A stretch of 32,000 nucleotides of DNA from Escherichia coli (lineage in GTDB: Bacteria > Pseudomonadota > Gammaproteobacteria > Enterobacterales > Enterobacteriaceae): NCBI RefSeq assembly GCF_048571625.1, contig NZ_CP074954.1; one strand, given 5' to 3'. The notes under the pieces are model-generated. The model was not told the origin of the DNA, ran no database searches, and was given only the letters and a program-made list of their open reading frames with translations. Both the position numbers and the translations under genes were made by a program. Positions 29,197 to 32,000 of this stretch are shown in pieces. Numbering within the stretch: the first letter of the stretch is position 1; each line of letters begins with the position of its first letter.

Positions 29197-30174
29197 ATGA
29201 TTGCCGCAAAGCCTCATAAGGACTATCACGAATTGCTAGGATTGCTACTTGAACGTGGCATGATTATCAATGATCGAAATCGTGCGATACGTAAGCTGTC
29301 GCAGGTTGGATATTATCGATTGTCAGGTTTTTGGTACCCATCAAGAATTATTGCGACAACAGATAAAGGTCTTTCGTACAGAACAGACCGATTTCTTACT
29401 GGTACCAGTTTCGAGAAGACGTACGATCTATATCTTTTTGACAAAAAACTGCGTCTTTTGATGATTGATGCTATCGAAAGAATAGAGATTCATGTTCGTT
29501 CAGTCATCGCGCATGAGGTTGGTCGCAATGATCCACTTGCCTACATGTCATCAAAATACATTAATCCAAAATTCTCATCTGCCTTCGAGCATTGGGTGTA
29601 TAAGCAAAAAGTAAAATTAGACGAAAGCAGAGATGACTGTATTGAATGGCATCGAAGCCAAGGCAAGGAGATTCCATTTTGGGTGGCGGTGGAGACCTGG
29701 GATTTTGGTCAGATGTCTAAATATTATGCGATGCTTAATGGTCATATGCAGGGGAAAATTATACGTCGTTTTGGCATTGATAATAAGCAGACATTTGCAA
29801 AATGGTTGAAGTGCCTTAATCTCATAAGGAATCGTTGCGCTCACCATTCCAGAATATGGAATAGAAAGCATCCCCGAGTTCCAGTACCGGATAATGAATA
29901 CTTTGACGGACTTAATCTCCATCCAGAGAGTTGCGAGAGGATTTTTAGCGCGATCTGTATTATCTGGTACTTAGTTAAACGACTTGGTCCGGGATCAACA
30001 TGGCTTCGGCAAATTGCAGACCTTATTGACTCTAAACCAAATGTTCCCGGATGTGGATATGATTCAATGGGTTTACCTGCTAAAGGATTCCCACGAGAGA
30101 GATTCTCTCAGGACTTAGGTTTTGTTATCGCCGACAACGACCCTGTAGCTGAAGGGCGGAAAGGGAGCGATTGA
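29197..30174 (+). CDS. Abi_2 (AbiD/AbiF)-family HEPN abortive infection protein
   Basis: KDYHELLGLLLERGMIINDRNRAIRKLSQVGYYRLSGFWYP; YDLYLFDKKLRLLMIDAIERIEIHVRSVIAH; HEPN Rx4H motif LIRNRCAHHSRIWNRK (codons 29827-29844). ATG at 29197 preferred over GTG 29152. Confidence 0.88.
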   Translation: MIAAKPHKDYHELLGLLLERGMIINDRNRAIRKLSQVGYYRLSGFWYPSRIIATTDKGLSYRTDRFLTGTSFEKTYDLYLFDKKLRLLMIDAIERIEIHVRSVIAHEVGRNDPLAYMSSKYINPKFSSAFEHWVYKQKVKLDESRDDCIEWHRSQGKEIPFWVAVETWDFGQMSKYYAMLNGHMQGKIIRRFGIDNKQTFAKWLKCLNLIRNRCAHHSRIWNRKHPRVPVPDNEYFDGLNLHPESCERIFSAICIIWYLVKRLGPGSTWLRQIADLIDSKPNVPGCGYDSMGLPAKGFPRERFSQDLGFVIADNDPVAEGRKGSD

Positions 30175-30203
30175 GCGATAAATATCATTTATACACTGAT
30201 CAA

Positions 30204-30632
30204 TTACTGAAGCAGCGTATTGATTCTTTTAATATTGTTATCCTGACGCTTCCACGCGCTGTAAATGTCTTTATCCCACGCTTTACCAGCTTTTGTTTGG
30301 TAGCCTGCTTCATTGAGCCGTTCAGCTATCACACGCCCATTATCAAATCCCTGTCGGATGGTATCGGCAATGATCTTTATAACTGCCGTTTCGTTATATG
30401 GCTTTGGTGGGATGTTCGGCTTTCCGGCAATAAGCGATGCTGCGGCTTTTTCCATGCGCTCCACCAGCCCAAGCATTCGTGAATCAATAGACTTTTCCGG
30501 CTGTCCCAGCTTCATGCGAATCGCATCAACAAGCCAGGAGGTTTTATCCCCTCCAGAAGCGAGAACAGACCGATTAAACTCATCCTGCAATTCAGATGGG
30601 ATGCGGAACGCGATCAGATTAGATTTGCTCAT
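30204..30632 (-). CDS. RHH-type DNA-binding protein with recombinase-like C-terminal segment
   Basis: MSKSNLIAFRIPSELQDEFNRSVLASGGDKTSWLVDAIRMKL (RHH-like); C-terminal GRVIAERLNEAGYQTKAGKAWDKDIYSAWKR. Confidence 0.6.
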   Translation of the reverse strand: MSKSNLIAFRIPSELQDEFNRSVLASGGDKTSWLVDAIRMKLGQPEKSIDSRMLGLVERMEKAAASLIAGKPNIPPKPYNETAVIKIIADTIRQGFDNGRVIAERLNEAGYQTKAGKAWDKDIYSAWKRQDNNIKRINTLLQ

Positions 30633-30663
30633 TGCAAAGACCATATCAGTGAGTAATATCCAT

Positions 30664-30693
30664 ACAGTATACCACTGTATAACACTGTTATAC
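30664..30693. promoter_or_regulatory. Tandem/overlapping palindromic operator candidates
   Basis: ACAGT atacc ACTGT (30664-30678) and GTATAAC act GTTATAC (30677-30693) upstream of the RHH gene. Confidence 0.55.
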
Positions 30694-30746
30694 GCTCAAA
30701 TATCAGCCAGAAAATAACGGACCAATCGCAAATCTATCGCTGTGTT

Positions 30747-30867
30747 GTTGGTTCAGAGCTGGGCTGTGTTGGTTCAAAATGAGTTGATGTTGGTTCAATA
30801 TTTTAGAAAAAACACAATAAAAACAACGCTCTTTACAAATTGAACCAACTGAACCAACTGAACCAAC
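30747..30867. repeat. Putative origin B/crr: inverted homolog of the 22290-22409 iteron cluster
   Basis: GTTGGTTCA at 30747-30755, 30768-30776, 30789-30797; 43-bp AT-rich core; TGAACCAAC tandem at 30841-30849, 30850-30858, 30859-30867. Confidence 0.8.
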
Positions 30868-30903
30868 ACCTTTTTGCTTATCTATATAATCTGAGAGGCA
30901 GAA

Positions 30904-31191
30904 ATGATAAAGGACAGGAAAGCTGAAGAGCTGGAGTCAAAAGGGCTATACCGGAGAGCTGCCGCACGATGGGCAGAAGTCATGATGCTGGCAGATGGCG
31001 ATAAAGAACGTGAACATGCAGCAAACAGACGCTCTGAATGTATCCGTAAGGCGGCACGCCCACCAGCAACTACAGACAGATTCGGAGATTTAAGACAGGC
31101 AGTTAAGCGGACTCATTCGGCTCTTGGTATGGATGAGGAAGCGAGAGGGTACTTCAGGCGTTATCGCGATAAAGATTGCCAGAGACAGTAA
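30904..31191 (+). CDS. PerC-family-like transcriptional regulator
   Basis: 95 aa MIKDRKAEELESKGLYRRAAARWAEVMMLADGDKEREHAANRRSECIRKAARPP resembles the PerC pattern (E..GL.RRAA.RW..V... R...C..). Confidence 0.7.
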   Translation: MIKDRKAEELESKGLYRRAAARWAEVMMLADGDKEREHAANRRSECIRKAARPPATTDRFGDLRQAVKRTHSALGMDEEARGYFRRYRDKDCQRQ

Positions 31192-31450
31192 TGCTCTCTC
31201 TGTTTTGGCAAATTACCCCTCACTTTGAAGGGATCGGAGCTATAAAATGGTGTTATCCGGCTTCCTGCATTGCGGGTTTTCGAAAGAATCAATGGGTTAG
31301 GTTATCGTGCAAATTTGCACTCTGCCAGCCAACGCAATTTCTCGTTGGCGGAAATATCAGGTATTTACTGAACGAACGGTCTACCCGCCTGTTCAACTAC
31401 CAGTTGTACATGGCTGCTTTATGTGCAAATGGTGGTGAGAGAAAATTGTT

Positions 31451-31471
31451 TGGGGGTACTTTTGGGGGTAT
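31451..31471 (+). repeat. TGGGGGTACTTTTGGGGGTAT, putative arm-type repeat, right copy
   Basis: 20/21 identical to 13135-13155 beside int. Confidence 0.6.
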
Positions 31472-31532
31472 CTACAAAGATGTAATGGGAAAATGTCTTT
31501 ATATATCAATGTATTTTTATTGTTTGTTTTGT

Positions 31533-31550
31533 TCCTATTATCGCACCATT
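31533..31550 (+). repeat. Putative attR core
   Basis: TCCTATTATCGCACCATT vs thrW 3' end TCCTATTATCGGCACCATT (1-nt deletion). Confidence 0.55.
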
Positions 31551-32000
31551 AAGAAAATCAATAACTTAGCTTAACTTCTCTAAGAAATTGTATCTTCTGT
31601 TATCACTTACAAACGCCTATACGTTGTTATGGGCTTTGGTAGTGTAACACGTATGGGCGAGTAGTTCCCAGGCTCAACCTCGTAACAAGTTCCTTTGAAG
31701 CTGGAAGACGTGCCACCGTCTCTAAACCTTCTACCAAAACTCTTAGCAAGATGTTCCACACCTGGCGCGGTGTCCAATGATGCTACACGTCGTGAGACGT
31801 TGCAGAGGATAAACAGGCTAAATGATGGGAAGAGTTTTAAGTGCATAGTGGATTAAAGCCCACCTCTTCAAAACCTAACTTGATCGGGAAAGAATCAAGC
31901 TCTAGCACGGTTTCGTCCACCGGAGTACAACGGGTGCCTGATAAGAGAAGAACTGCTAAGACTTCATAGCTTTTGTGAAAAAGCCCTTTTTAGTGGATAC

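Larger units (their letters stand above)
13005..31550. mobile_element. thrW-integrated P4-like satellite/genomic island carrying P22-like ejection genes (putative full extent)
   Basis: P4-type integrase next to thrW; right end has TCCTATTATCGCACCATT (31533-31550), resembling the tRNA 3' end TCCTATTATCGGCACCATT (13005-13023) with 1 nt missing; 21-bp near-identical direct repeats inside both ends. Confidence 0.75.

Noticed and set aside
30204-30632. Calling this gene Mnt or Arc of P22 immunity region I
   Set aside because: It is RHH-like, but longer and with a recombinase-like C-terminus; position alone does not justify a specific name.
13005-31550. Complete P22-like prophage
   Set aside because: No terminase, portal, scaffold, coat, tail needle, tailspike or lysis genes are visible; only the 14/7/20/16-like block is present.
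31176-31574. 132-aa ORF at the right end of the element
   Set aside because: Overlaps the PerC-like gene, spans the putative arm repeat and attR core, and no family features; could be a fused junction ORF at most.
31607-31846. Minus-strand ORF and a possible group II intron start
   Set aside because: No GUGYG-type intron 5' end, no domain V and no reverse transcriptase in the window; evidence insufficient.

Overview
The window is E. coli-like chromosome (left, about 1-13,020) followed by an integrated phage-satellite-like element. Backbone order: lafT (3' part) - lafU - dinB - yafP (no yafN/yafO between) - rtcB-like gene - prfH - pepD(-) - gpt - frsA - crl - phoE(-) - proB - proA - thrW tRNA. 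The element sits in the 3' end of thrW. Its right boundary is probably near 31,533-31,550, where an imperfect copy of the tRNA 3' end is found, giving about 18.5 kb. It has a P4-type left half: tyrosine integrase, AlpA-like regulator, AntA/AntB-type antirepressor, Ash-like ORF with a nested Icd-like ORF, several small ORFs and a 919-aa primase/helicase. A right-hand cargo carries four genes in P22 late order (14-like, 7-like, 20-like, 16-like DNA-ejection genes), an opposite-strand membrane protein in the position of P22 sieA, an Abi_2/AbiF-type HEPN protein with a possible structured RNA just upstream, an RHH-type DNA-binding protein and a PerC-like protein. No capsid, portal, terminase or tail gene is visible. 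The strongest unlisted signal is a pair of inverted, homologous iteron clusters built from the 9-mer GTTGGTTCA at 22,290-22,409 and 30,747-30,867. Each has an AT-rich 43-bp core, and together they bracket the whole cargo, resembling P4 ori/crr. Family calls come from reading the sequence and from recalled family knowledge; no database search was run.
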